Shown piece after piece: positions 17,323 through 27,434 of a stretch of 64,000 bases of DNA. Numbering within the stretch: the first letter of the stretch is position 1; the number at the start of each line of letters is the position of its first letter. The DNA is from Myxococcota bacterium (GTDB lineage: Bacteria; Myxococcota_A; Polyangia; Nannocystales; Nannocystaceae), in contig JBCCWC010000014.1 in NCBI GenBank assembly GCA_039194325.1, positions 58,057 through 122,056 on the forward strand. Direction: 5' to 3'. The translations under genes were made by a program, and so were the position numbers. The notes beneath the pieces were generated by a model. That model saw nothing but the letters and a program-made list of their open reading frames with translations, searched no databases and had not been told where the DNA came from.

Positions 17323-18900
17323 TTAGACCGGGCAGCACTGGTAGGAGTAGGCCCCGATCCCCGAGATGGTGCACTCGTTGGACGGAGCGGCCTGACACAG
17401 GGTACCCACCTCCGAAGAGAGCACGCAGGTGTCGCTGCACGAGTTGAACATCGAGCCAGCGAACGAGGTGGGCGCGTCTAGGGTGCCGGGGTTGCAGTCG
17501 TTGTCGATCATGTCGTACTGGATCTCGAAGCCCGAGGGGCTGACGTCGGGATCGGTGTCGTCGCAGTCGTCGGCGTTGTCGACGAAGCCGGCTGGCGGGG
17601 CGCAGCCCACCTCGGTGACGTTCGGGTCGCCAAAGCCGTCGGCGTCGGCGTCGGCATAGAACACGTCATTGCAGCCCGGCACGCCGCCGCCGCCCCCCTC
17701 GCAGGCGCCCTGGGACGCCACCGAGACCCCCGCGGCCGCCGCCGCATGTTCGTTGGAGTAGGTCATGCCGTCGCAGCCACAGACCGGCGCGTCGATGTCG
17801 GGGGCGCCCAGCTTGATCGGTTCGCAGGTGCCCGAGCCGAACGCGCCGCACGACGTGGCCTCGTCGAAGCGGCAGTACTGCTCGTCGTTGCACTCGGCAT
17901 CCGAGTCGCACGCACTGGGCGGCAGCTGCACATAGTAGGGCTGGCAAGCCTCGAGGGTGAAGTCGTCCTGACCGGATCCCCAGTACCAGGAGCGCTGCTG
18001 CGACTGGGCGAGCCAGCGCCCGATCCCCCAGTAGCCGGCCTGGTCGACGAAGTACGAGGCGTCGGTGGGCCCGTCGTAGAGCACGGGGAAGGTCTGCAGG
18101 TTCAGGCCCGTCTCGCTGTCCACCTCGAACGGCTCGCTGGTCGGCACGGTACCCACAAGCGAGAGGTACGGGTCGGTGTTCGGGTTCAGCTCGACCGCGA
18201 CCACTCCTCCGTACGGCAGCGAGAAGTCGCCGTGCGGGCCGTCGCCCGCGCTGGCCATCCAGTAGAGCCACGACTGGCTACCTGCGTTCCACGAGTAGAC
18301 GTTGTTCACCGCGCTGCCGAACTGGTCGACCACGTCCGAGGCCACCTCCACTCCGCCCAGCATGCACAGGCCGAACTTGTTGAAGCCCGGGTGGACGGCG
18401 GTAGTGGTCTTCATCACCATCGTGGACAGCTCGGGGCCGCTCTGGGTGGAGTAGACCACGCGGTAGAAGTAGTTGGGCGTGAAGGTCTGGCGGGCGGCCG
18501 CGCCCGGATCGGTCATCATGCTCGAGCCCACGGTCAGGGTGAGGCTGCTGACCGAGGCGGGGAGCGCCCCCAGGTCGGGGTCGACCAGGTCCTGGGCGTT
18601 GGACGAGCGCAGCACCATCACCGACGCCGAGGGGTCGACCGAGGTCCAGGTGAGCACGATATCGTCGCCGTCGGTGGCAATGTCGACTGGAAAGCCCGGG
18701 AACGCGTCGACGCGGCGCTGGGTGGTCAGATCGCCCGAGGCGGGGCGGTGGGAGGGGGCAGCGGCGTCGTCCTCGTCGACCAGCTCGAGCACCTCGATGC
18801 CGCTATCGTTGTCCGTGACGCAGGCGGGAGCACCGAAGGCGCCCATGGCAACGACCAAAGTCCACGCACCAAACTTGCTTTGCATGTCTCGCTCCGTCAT
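17323..18900 (-). CDS. Secreted lipoprotein with a Kazal-like motif and a putative metal-binding DCDD repeat
   Basis: Signal ending APAC, PVCGCDGMTYSN (Kazal-like), YADADADGFGDP...DCDDTDPDVSP...IDNDC. Confidence 0.78.
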   Translation of the reverse strand: MTERDMQSKFGAWTLVVAMGAFGAPACVTDNDSGIEVLELVDEDDAAAPSHRPASGDLTTQRRVDAFPGFPVDIATDGDDIVLTWTSVDPSASVMVLRSSNAQDLVDPDLGALPASVSSLTLTVGSSMMTDPGAAARQTFTPNYFYRVVYSTQSGPELSTMVMKTTTAVHPGFNKFGLCMLGGVEVASDVVDQFGSAVNNVYSWNAGSQSWLYWMASAGDGPHGDFSLPYGGVVAVELNPNTDPYLSLVGTVPTSEPFEVDSETGLNLQTFPVLYDGPTDASYFVDQAGYWGIGRWLAQSQQRSWYWGSGQDDFTLEACQPYYVQLPPSACDSDAECNDEQYCRFDEATSCGAFGSGTCEPIKLGAPDIDAPVCGCDGMTYSNEHAAAAAGVSVASQGACEGGGGGVPGCNDVFYADADADGFGDPNVTEVGCAPPAGFVDNADDCDDTDPDVSPSGFEIQYDMIDNDCNPGTLDAPTSFAGSMFNSCSDTCVLSSEVGTLCQAAPSNECTISGIGAYSYQCCPV

Positions 18901-19241
18901 TCGGACCGTATGGGTCCGAGAGGTTGTAGGGGCGGCGGGCCGACCCTCGATCTCTACTCATCGAGTACGTCCGATCGAGGCGCTACCGGTCGGGAGATTC
19001 CGGCTGGGGCACCGGGGGAGGCCCCTCGCGCTTCATCGAAGCGTTCAACGAACTCTGTATCATTCATCTACGGCCAGGGATTCACTTCGTCAAGCTAGAC
19101 TCGTGCAATTGGCAATACATTTTTTAAGGGGCCCCATGAGTGCCTCCAGGACGCTTCGAACGGGCATCCAAAACGGCACGAAAGCCCGTCGCCGGGGCAT
19201 TTTGACGCGTCGTGGCTCGATGCGCAGAACGACCGGCCGAC

Positions 19242-19392
19242 GGTGTCAGATCGAGTGTCCGGGGTGCCAGATCGAGTGACCAGGGGGGTGTCAGGTCGAT
19301 TGACCAGGGGTGTCAGATCAAAACCTCGGGGGGTCGAAGGCGGTCGCGTGGTGGTGTCAGATCGAGTGACCAGGGAGGTGTCAGATCGATCG
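19242..19392. repeat. Intergenic direct-repeat cluster, about 6 copies of GGTGTCAGATCGAGTGACCAGGG
   Basis: Copies start at about 19242, 19263, 19287, 19309, 19353 and 19377. Confidence 0.8.
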
Positions 19393-19631
19393 TACGCCCA
19401 CGGTGGTGGGGAGGGCCAAGGACAGACCTAAGGACAAGGACACCCACCGGCGGGAGGTGGGCCGACTCGGTCGCGGTTGGATACGTTGCCGTGGGGAACG
19501 TGTTACCGGGGAGTCGAAGGGTAGACGCCGCCACCTACCTCGATGTTCCCGTGGAGATCGAGATCGGAGCCAGAACAGTGACCGGCGATGCCAGCCGATG
19601 CAAGGTGTCGACGAGCCTTCGTTGATCGACG

Positions 19632-22631
19632 TCACGGTGCTCGACGCTGCGGTGCTCGACGGATCGTGCGTGGGGGAGCGGCCAGCCACCGCTGCGCGCG
19701 CGCTCGGTCGCGGGCAGAGCCAGCCCCGGAGGCTCGTAGATCCTCGACCGCCCGCTCGCCCATCAGCAGGGCCCGCTCGGCCTCTCCGTCGCGGTACAGC
19801 GTTCGGGCGAGTTCGAAGCGGAGCCGGCCGACCGTACCCGACGTGGCCTCGTGGGCCTCGGCGAGCTCGACCGCGCGTTCGAGGGTCGAGCGCGAAGCCT
19901 TCAGGCGACCCAGCTCGCGCAGGGCCCAGCCCTGGGCAACCCGAGCGTCCAGCGACGCCGTAGGGCCTCGTCCGTGAGCCTCGAGCAGCTCGACGGCCCG
20001 CTCGGCCTCCTCCAGGGCTTGCTTGGCCTGTCCCGTTTGAACCATCAGCAGGGCCACCATCGAAGCATGCAGCCCATGCTCGGGGTGCTCGGGCTCCAGC
20101 CGTTCCCGGGCGATCCGCTGGGCCTGCACCGCCAGCTCCAGGGCCTCCTGGGGGCGCTCTTGGTCGAGCACCGCCTGGGCCAGGTTGCGCATCGACTCGG
20201 CGATCGCCGGGTGCTGTGGCCCTAGCTTGTCGCGCCGGATGTCGAGCGCTCGACGATGCAGCTGCTCGGCCTGTTCGGGACGACCGAGGTTGCGCTCCAC
20301 GATCGCCTTGCTGGCCAGCGAGCGAGCGTACTCCAGGTGGTCGGGACCGAGCACCTCCTGCTGCAGCGCGAGCGTGTGGTCCAGCTCTGCCTCAGCGTCC
20401 TCATAGTGGCCCTGCATCACCGCAATCAGCGAGAGGTTGGCGTACAGCGAGGTCATGCTGGGATGCTTGGGCCCCAGGACGCGCTCGGTGAGCCCGGCTG
20501 CCTGTCGCAGGTGCTCACGGGCGCGGTCCATCTCGCGGCGCTCCGCATAGGCGCTGCCCAGGTTCATCAGCGCGACCGCCAGGTTGGGGCTGTCCGGGTC
20601 CAGGGCTCGCTGCTGCTCGACCAGGCGTTCGAACAAGACCAGGGCCCGGTCGTAGTGGGCCTGTCGGATCGCGATGATGGCCAGGGTGTTGGTGATACCG
20701 ATCTCGATACGAGGTGCACTGCCCATGCGGTGGACCAGGGCCTGCGCGATCCCGACCCACTGTTGGCCTTGTTCGTGCAGTTGCTGCTTGGCGCCCAGCT
20801 CGTGTCCCAGATCGACCGCCGCCATGGCGGCCCGGCGATCGTCGCCGGCCGCGAGCGCCTCGCGGAACGCGGTCCGTAGCATTTCCAGGCCCTCGGGTTG
20901 GTCGAGCGAGAGCTGGGCGCGGGCCAGCGTGTGCTCGACCGCCGCGATGATCGGCCGATAGTCGGTGGCCCGTGCCTGGTCGAGCAGCGGCCCGAGCCGC
21001 TCCACTTGTTGGTGGTACTTGGCGGCCGACGCCAGTGCATCCGCATGGGCCAGCGCCTCGCGGATCGCCGTGACCTGGATGCGGGTCGATTCCTGCTCCG
21101 GCGGGGCCACTCCAGCCTCGAGCGCAGCCACGTCCTCGCAGCCGGCCAGATCGGGCAGGCCCAAGGCCTCCTGGACCGCGCGGTCGACCACGGTGGGATT
21201 GGGCTCGGCGAGCACCCCGAGCAGACCATCGAGGCGCTGCAGTCGCTCGCTCAGGCACTGTCGTCGCTTCTCGAGCAGTTGTGCCGTCTGGGTCTGGTCG
21301 ACATGGGTGGCCTCACAAGCCCTCGTGCTCTGCTCGGCCCACGCCAGTGCATAGGCGTCGACGTGCTGGGCGACGCGGGCCCAAGTGTCCTCCGCATGGG
21401 GCAGATCCAGGCCTTCGAAGGTCGTGCGTAGCGACCGTTGGCGCTCGTCGCTCCATACCACCTGCACCTCGTTGGCCGACGCCGCACAGGGGGAGCGAGC
21501 GCTAGACGCTCCCGAGCGATAGGCCAAGCCGGCCACCGCCAGGGCTCCCACACCCACCGCGCCCGCCAGGGCCCACCGCCGCCAGGAGCGGCCGTGGTCT
21601 CGCTGCAGGTCGGCGAGCAGCGCGTCCATCGACGGGTAGCGCTCGTCCGGGTCGCTTCGCAGGCCGCGCAGCACCACGCGACGCAGCCACGCGGGGACCG
21701 AGCGATCGGCGGGCGTCGGCTGGATCTGGCCGGCGAATACCGAGCGGGTGAGGCTGCACATCGAGTTGCCCGCAAAAGGGCGCAGCCCGTGGAGCGCCTC
21801 GAACAGTGCCACGCAAAACGAGAATTGATCCGAGGTTGCGGTGGCCACCCGTCCCGCCAGCTGCTCCGGGGACATGTACGCGGGCGTGCCCATCACCGTG
21901 CCGGCCTCCGTCAACGCTTGGTCGAGGTTCGAGCCGCTCATCATCTCATTGCGGCCGTTGCCGCCGCTATGGTCGTCATGGCCGTCGTAGAACCCGATCG
22001 AGTCGGCGCTACCGCGGCCTCGAGCCAGTCCGAAGTCGAGGACCCGGACCCGACCGTCTCGGCCCAGCAGCACGTTGTCCGGCTTGAAATCACGGTGGAT
22101 CAGATCGGCGGCGTGGGCCGCCGCCAGGCCACTTCCCGCCTGGACAAAGACGTCGAGGATCTCGGGGATCGAGCGGGTGCGTTCGTCGAGCCAGCGGGTC
22201 AGGGTCGGCCCATCGATGAACTCCATCGCCACGAACACCGAGCCCGACAGCTCACCCACGTCGTGCACGGCGACTACGTTGGGGTGGGCGATACGAGCGA
22301 TCGCCTGGGCCTCGCGCATGAGCCGAATGCGTCCATCTCCCACGTACGAGGGGCGGAGCAGCTTGATCGCGACCCGGCGGTCGAGCTCCGGATCATAGGC
22401 GGCATAGACCACGCCCATCCCGCCCGCGCCCAGCGGATCGGTCACCACATAGCGATCGACCAGCGATCCGCGGGCCAGCGTAGGCGCATCCCGGTCGCGT
22501 GCCGTCGGCTCCGTTTCCTCGCCGATGCGAACGGTCTGCTCACCGAGGCCGTGGGCCCCGGTCGGCATGATCGTCGGGTCCTGATCCACCGCCCGACGAG
22601 CATGCCTTGGTGGTTCGGCCTTTCCACGCAT
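19632..22631 (-). CDS. Ser/Thr protein kinase with a TM segment and C-terminal TPR repeats
   Basis: LGAGGMGVVY, VAIKLL, HRDFKPDN, DFGLA, GTPAYMSPEQ, a TM helix, and LGPxHP-type TPR repeats. Confidence 0.95.
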   Translation of the reverse strand: MRGKAEPPRHARRAVDQDPTIMPTGAHGLGEQTVRIGEETEPTARDRDAPTLARGSLVDRYVVTDPLGAGGMGVVYAAYDPELDRRVAIKLLRPSYVGDGRIRLMREAQAIARIAHPNVVAVHDVGELSGSVFVAMEFIDGPTLTRWLDERTRSIPEILDVFVQAGSGLAAAHAADLIHRDFKPDNVLLGRDGRVRVLDFGLARGRGSADSIGFYDGHDDHSGGNGRNEMMSGSNLDQALTEAGTVMGTPAYMSPEQLAGRVATATSDQFSFCVALFEALHGLRPFAGNSMCSLTRSVFAGQIQPTPADRSVPAWLRRVVLRGLRSDPDERYPSMDALLADLQRDHGRSWRRWALAGAVGVGALAVAGLAYRSGASSARSPCAASANEVQVVWSDERQRSLRTTFEGLDLPHAEDTWARVAQHVDAYALAWAEQSTRACEATHVDQTQTAQLLEKRRQCLSERLQRLDGLLGVLAEPNPTVVDRAVQEALGLPDLAGCEDVAALEAGVAPPEQESTRIQVTAIREALAHADALASAAKYHQQVERLGPLLDQARATDYRPIIAAVEHTLARAQLSLDQPEGLEMLRTAFREALAAGDDRRAAMAAVDLGHELGAKQQLHEQGQQWVGIAQALVHRMGSAPRIEIGITNTLAIIAIRQAHYDRALVLFERLVEQQRALDPDSPNLAVALMNLGSAYAERREMDRAREHLRQAAGLTERVLGPKHPSMTSLYANLSLIAVMQGHYEDAEAELDHTLALQQEVLGPDHLEYARSLASKAIVERNLGRPEQAEQLHRRALDIRRDKLGPQHPAIAESMRNLAQAVLDQERPQEALELAVQAQRIARERLEPEHPEHGLHASMVALLMVQTGQAKQALEEAERAVELLEAHGRGPTASLDARVAQGWALRELGRLKASRSTLERAVELAEAHEATSGTVGRLRFELARTLYRDGEAERALLMGERAVEDLRASGAGSARDRARAQRWLAAPPRTIRRAPQRRAP

Positions 22632-22808
22632 GCGCTACTTGCGGAGTCTCATGGCGAGATGTCGTCCCTTGTGGGCGCTATTGCTCGGCTGGTCATCCTC
22701 ACTACACTAGTCGGACTCCAGAACTCTTGCTGCCGACGTAATCGGACATACCAAGAATTTCTGAGGTAAACCCTTACCGCCAAACTTCGCGCGCGTCCCG
22801 CTCGTCTC

Positions 22809-23333
22809 ATGTCGCAGTCTTCTCCCGATGAATCGTCGTCCTCGTCGACGCTCGCCCGCTCGCTCGGGCTGCAAGAGCATTCACTGGAGGACGTGCTGGC
22901 GTGGGCACGGGGCCGGGCGACCGAGCTCCTTCAATCGGTCGACGACCAGGACTTGCTGGCCTTGCTCGAGCCGCCGGCACAACGGCCGAGTCCGCCGCGG
23001 CCTGCGCTACCGGTCGAGCCGGTTCGGGTAGCAGGTGAGATCGATGCGCTCGATGCCGAGTTCGGGTCTTCGCACGGTGAGGGTTCTCCGTCGGGGGTTG
23101 CCTCAGCCACGCGTCCCGTTCCGGAATTGGCCTTGGCTCCCACGGAGTCGCTCGGGGTCGTGCCACCGCCGCCCGCCTTTGCCACCAAGGGTCCTCGGCC
23201 GGAGACCGTCATCGGCCCCGCTCCCACCGCGCCGCCGGGTTTGTCCCGCACAGGTCGCCCCGGAGCGAAGCCCCGCGGGGCTGGTCGGCCGTCGTCGGCG
23301 ACCGACGCTCGGCGGGGGCCGGTCGCTCAGTAG
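22809..23333 (+). CDS. Hypothetical Pro-rich protein
   Basis: 174-aa ORF with a plausible helical N-terminus and a low-complexity tail. Confidence 0.45.
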   Translation: MSQSSPDESSSSSTLARSLGLQEHSLEDVLAWARGRATELLQSVDDQDLLALLEPPAQRPSPPRPALPVEPVRVAGEIDALDAEFGSSHGEGSPSGVASATRPVPELALAPTESLGVVPPPPAFATKGPRPETVIGPAPTAPPGLSRTGRPGAKPRGAGRPSSATDARRGPVAQ

Positions 23334-23836
23334 CACTCCAGCACGCACTCGAGTCGCTCGTTCTCGCAGCGTACCGTCTCGGACGCGCCCGACGACTCGG
23401 CCGCGCACTCCAACGCTCTTTCGAGGCAGCTACTCTCGCAGGCTTCGTCAAACCAGGGGGCGCATTGCTCGAAGTCGAGGTCACAGCGTTGCTGACACTC
23501 GCCGACCTCCACGACGCCACTGCACCCCTGCTGGCAAGCCCTTCGCTCCGCGATGCAGCCGGAGCGTCGCTCGCACAGCGCGGTGCTCTGGTCGATCGTG
23601 GCCGCGCAGCGGTTGGCGATGTCGGTACAGTCCTCCAAGTCGCCGAAGTCCTCGGGATCTGCGTCGTCGAGGCACCAGATGAAATCCACGCTGCACTCGC
23701 TGCGCTTCGTCGCTTGTTCGGTCCAGCACTGGACCCCGCGCTCTCCCTCGGTCGCCGAAGGCAGGCACGCGCCCAACAGGGCCCAAAGTCCGGTGGTGAT
23801 GGCGATTTGTACGATGGTGGGTCGATGCGTGCGCAT
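23327..23836 (-). CDS. Cys-rich lipoprotein
   Basis: MRTHRPTIVQIAITTGLWALLGAC lipobox, regularly spaced Cx3C pattern. Confidence 0.7.
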   Translation of the reverse strand: MRTHRPTIVQIAITTGLWALLGACLPSATEGERGVQCWTEQATKRSECSVDFIWCLDDADPEDFGDLEDCTDIANRCAATIDQSTALCERRSGCIAERRACQQGCSGVVEVGECQQRCDLDFEQCAPWFDEACESSCLERALECAAESSGASETVRCENERLECVLECY

Positions 23837-23891
23837 GACGGTGATGCTCCGTTGGGACAGACTCCGTTGGGCCAGACTCTGCTGGATCGGC

Positions 23892-24959
23892 TCAGAAGCG
23901 AACGAGGAGGGCCGCGCTGGTCGTCCAGAAGTAACGGCGAAGATCGGTGTTGGTGAGCTCCGAGCGGCGATAGCAATCGCGGATCCCCTCGTCGACGTCG
24001 CAAACTCGGGTCCAGTAGGGCAGGGTCGCGCCGGTGAGCATGCCCAGCGATACTCGATCACTCAGGCGCACCTGTACGCCCACGTCGGCCCCCAGGGCCA
24101 GCCCGTCGGCCGCCACGCCCGCGTTGGACCAACGCACCAACGAACGCGCGTAGCCGACTTGCAAGCCCACCACCGGCTCGGCGCGCCACCGGCCTCCCGA
24201 GAGGTGCAGTCGGGGTCCGACCAGGGCGGCCAGCCACATCGCCAGAGGATCCGAGTCGATGTCGTTGCCGTGGATCGCCGCGAGCCCGCCGACCTCCACC
24301 GATAGGTGAGGCGTGGCCCGGTACGCCAGTCGCAGGTCGAGCCCGCCGCCGACCCCCATGCTGCCCGCCGCGCTCCCCACCCGAAGCTCCCGGCAGCCGG
24401 AGCCCAGGCATGCGCTGACCCCCGGGGCGATCCGCAGGCCCAGACCCAGCAGGGCCGCCGCCGGATCTGCGGCTGGATCCGGCGTTGGCTCGGGCGCGGG
24501 CTCGGCCTGGCCCTCGGGCTCGGGCTCGGGCTCGGGCGTGAAGGCAGGGGGCTCGCCGCACTCGCCCGAGGCCGGGTCGCATGCGACGAAGCACTGGCCG
24601 TCGAGGCAGGTCGCGCCCTCGGGGCACGCCGGTTCACACGTCGCCGGCTCGGGTTCGGGCTCTGGCTCGGTGGAGGTTGTCTCGGGTGGTGGTTGTTCGG
24701 ACGTCGCAGGCTCGGTGGGGGTCGCCTCGTTGCCGTCGGTCGCAGGGAGCGACGGCGCCTCGGGCTCGAGCTCGGCCGCCGCGGACGGCACCGAGAGCCC
24801 GAGCGCGGCGAGTATCACCCCAAGCAGGGCGTGGCGGCACGAGGGGCGTGGTCGAACGATGGGCACGGCCCCGAGTATCCAGAAGACCGGGCCCGGTTGA
24901 GAAGACCTGTTGCAGACGAGCGACTGGTGGGCCCCTACGATCGTTCTGGCGAGTTGCAC
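23892..24959 (-). CDS. Putative outer-membrane beta-barrel protein with a Pro/Glu-rich linker (start probably near 24865)
   Basis: Signal-like segment, EP repeats, alternating hydrophobic strands, terminal LLVRF. Confidence 0.6.
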   Translation of the reverse strand: MQLARTIVGAHQSLVCNRSSQPGPVFWILGAVPIVRPRPSCRHALLGVILAALGLSVPSAAAELEPEAPSLPATDGNEATPTEPATSEQPPPETTSTEPEPEPEPATCEPACPEGATCLDGQCFVACDPASGECGEPPAFTPEPEPEPEGQAEPAPEPTPDPAADPAAALLGLGLRIAPGVSACLGSGCRELRVGSAAGSMGVGGGLDLRLAYRATPHLSVEVGGLAAIHGNDIDSDPLAMWLAALVGPRLHLSGGRWRAEPVVGLQVGYARSLVRWSNAGVAADGLALGADVGVQVRLSDRVSLGMLTGATLPYWTRVCDVDEGIRDCYRRSELTNTDLRRYFWTTSAALLVRF

Positions 24960-25032
24960 GCCGCTGGCCCGGATCGCGGGCCGCGGATCGGTGTAAGGGC
25001 CGGCACGGCCTGCGGTGGCTTAGCCTACCGAC

Positions 25033-25496
25033 TCACTGTGCGTGCCAGCCATCGTCGAGCAGGGCCTGGCGGGCTCGATCCAGCGCTTGCGCGGCCGCGT
25101 CGTCGCTGGCGAATCGCTCGGCCACCTCGGTCTTGAGCACACCACCCTCCACCGTCAGCCGGGCTTCGATGGTTCGCCCACCGGTGGTGAAGCTCAGCGT
25201 GGCCGCCTTGTCGAGCTCGGCTTCGGGGACGACCGACAGCGCGGGAGCCTGCGCGGCGGCCGGGGCCCCTGCCGAGGCCTGGCCGTCGTCGGCGTACCCC
25301 TTGCGTCGCTTCGAGGAGGAGACCTTCTCCAGCTCTTTGCGGGCCTTGTCCTCGTTGCCGAGCTCCTTGACCTGGGTCTGGCCGTTGGTGCCGATCCGTC
25401 CGTAGTTGACGTAGAGCGTGCCGCCGTCGACTCGGGCGCGCCAGAATTTCTTCGAGCTCCCATCGACGAGCTGGAGGCTGACGTCCCAGGATTCGC

Positions 25497-25500
<4 letters not shown>
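25033..25500 (-). CDS. WGR-domain protein (retron-associated)
   Basis: SSKKFWRARVDG...VNYGRIGTNGQTQVK...KRRKGY. Its ATG overlaps the RT stop codon (ATGA, 25497-25500). Confidence 0.92.
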
Positions 25501-26900
<1,400 letters not shown>

Positions 26901-26958
26901 CGAATTGGCAAGGAGGGCGACGGTGGGACCGTAGCGTCGGCCGGTCGGGGACGAGCCC

Positions 26959-27234
26959 CGAGCCGGCGAGGAAAGGGAACCGAGACGCTACTTCTCGACA
27001 CGGGACACGGTAGGCTCACCGGTTTGTGGTACGGAGGGGGTCGTAGCGACTGGATTGAACGACGGTTGCGTGGTTGGCCCAGATAATCCGGTCGCTACGA
27101 CCCCCTCCGTACCTGACAAACCACGAACAGCCTACCTTGTGGAGTGATGCAGTGATGTTAGACCGGGGCGGCGCAACGCCACCCGTGTGCAACGCACGTG
27201 GCTAACGAACTCGGTTCCCTCTCCTCACGGCTCG
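26959..27234 (-). ncRNA. Retron msr-msd ncRNA
   Basis: a1/a2 inverted repeats at 27210-27234 and 26959-26984, extended by 27203-27207 / 26986-26990. Unpaired G at 27202. msr stem-loops at about 27163-27200. msd hairpin 27009-27136 with a perfect 23-bp stem (27028-27050 / 27091-27113). Lies directly upstream of the RT. Confidence 0.9.
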
Positions 27235-27249
27235 TGAAATCCAAGCGTC

Positions 27250-27278
27250 ACGCTAGCCCTCTGGCTCGGTGGTGTCAA
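27250..27278 (-). promoter_or_regulatory. Sigma70-type promoter for the msr-msd-RT transcript
   Basis: Minus-strand TTGACA (27278-27273), 17-nt spacer, TAGCGT (27255-27250). The implied TSS (about 27243) is just upstream of the 5' inverted-repeat arm. Confidence 0.7.
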
Positions 27279-27434
27279 CGCGATCACGCCTTGGGAACGA
27301 CAAAAAAAGATCTGATTTCAAGCGTTTACGGGCTCGGTCGCCCACGCGAGGACACACCCGTGCGAGCGGCCCGGCAGGCCGCTTTGGGGAGGTGGGTGGC
27401 CCATGGGGTCGGGCCCGACGATGACGGCGTATGT

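Noticed and set aside
19242..19392. Mini CRISPR array
   Set aside because: The repeats abut each other with no spacer-length unique sequences.
27028..27113. Rho-independent terminator or transposon end
   Set aside because: No U-tract and a large loop. It is nested inside the a1/a2 repeats upstream of an RT, so it is better explained as msd.
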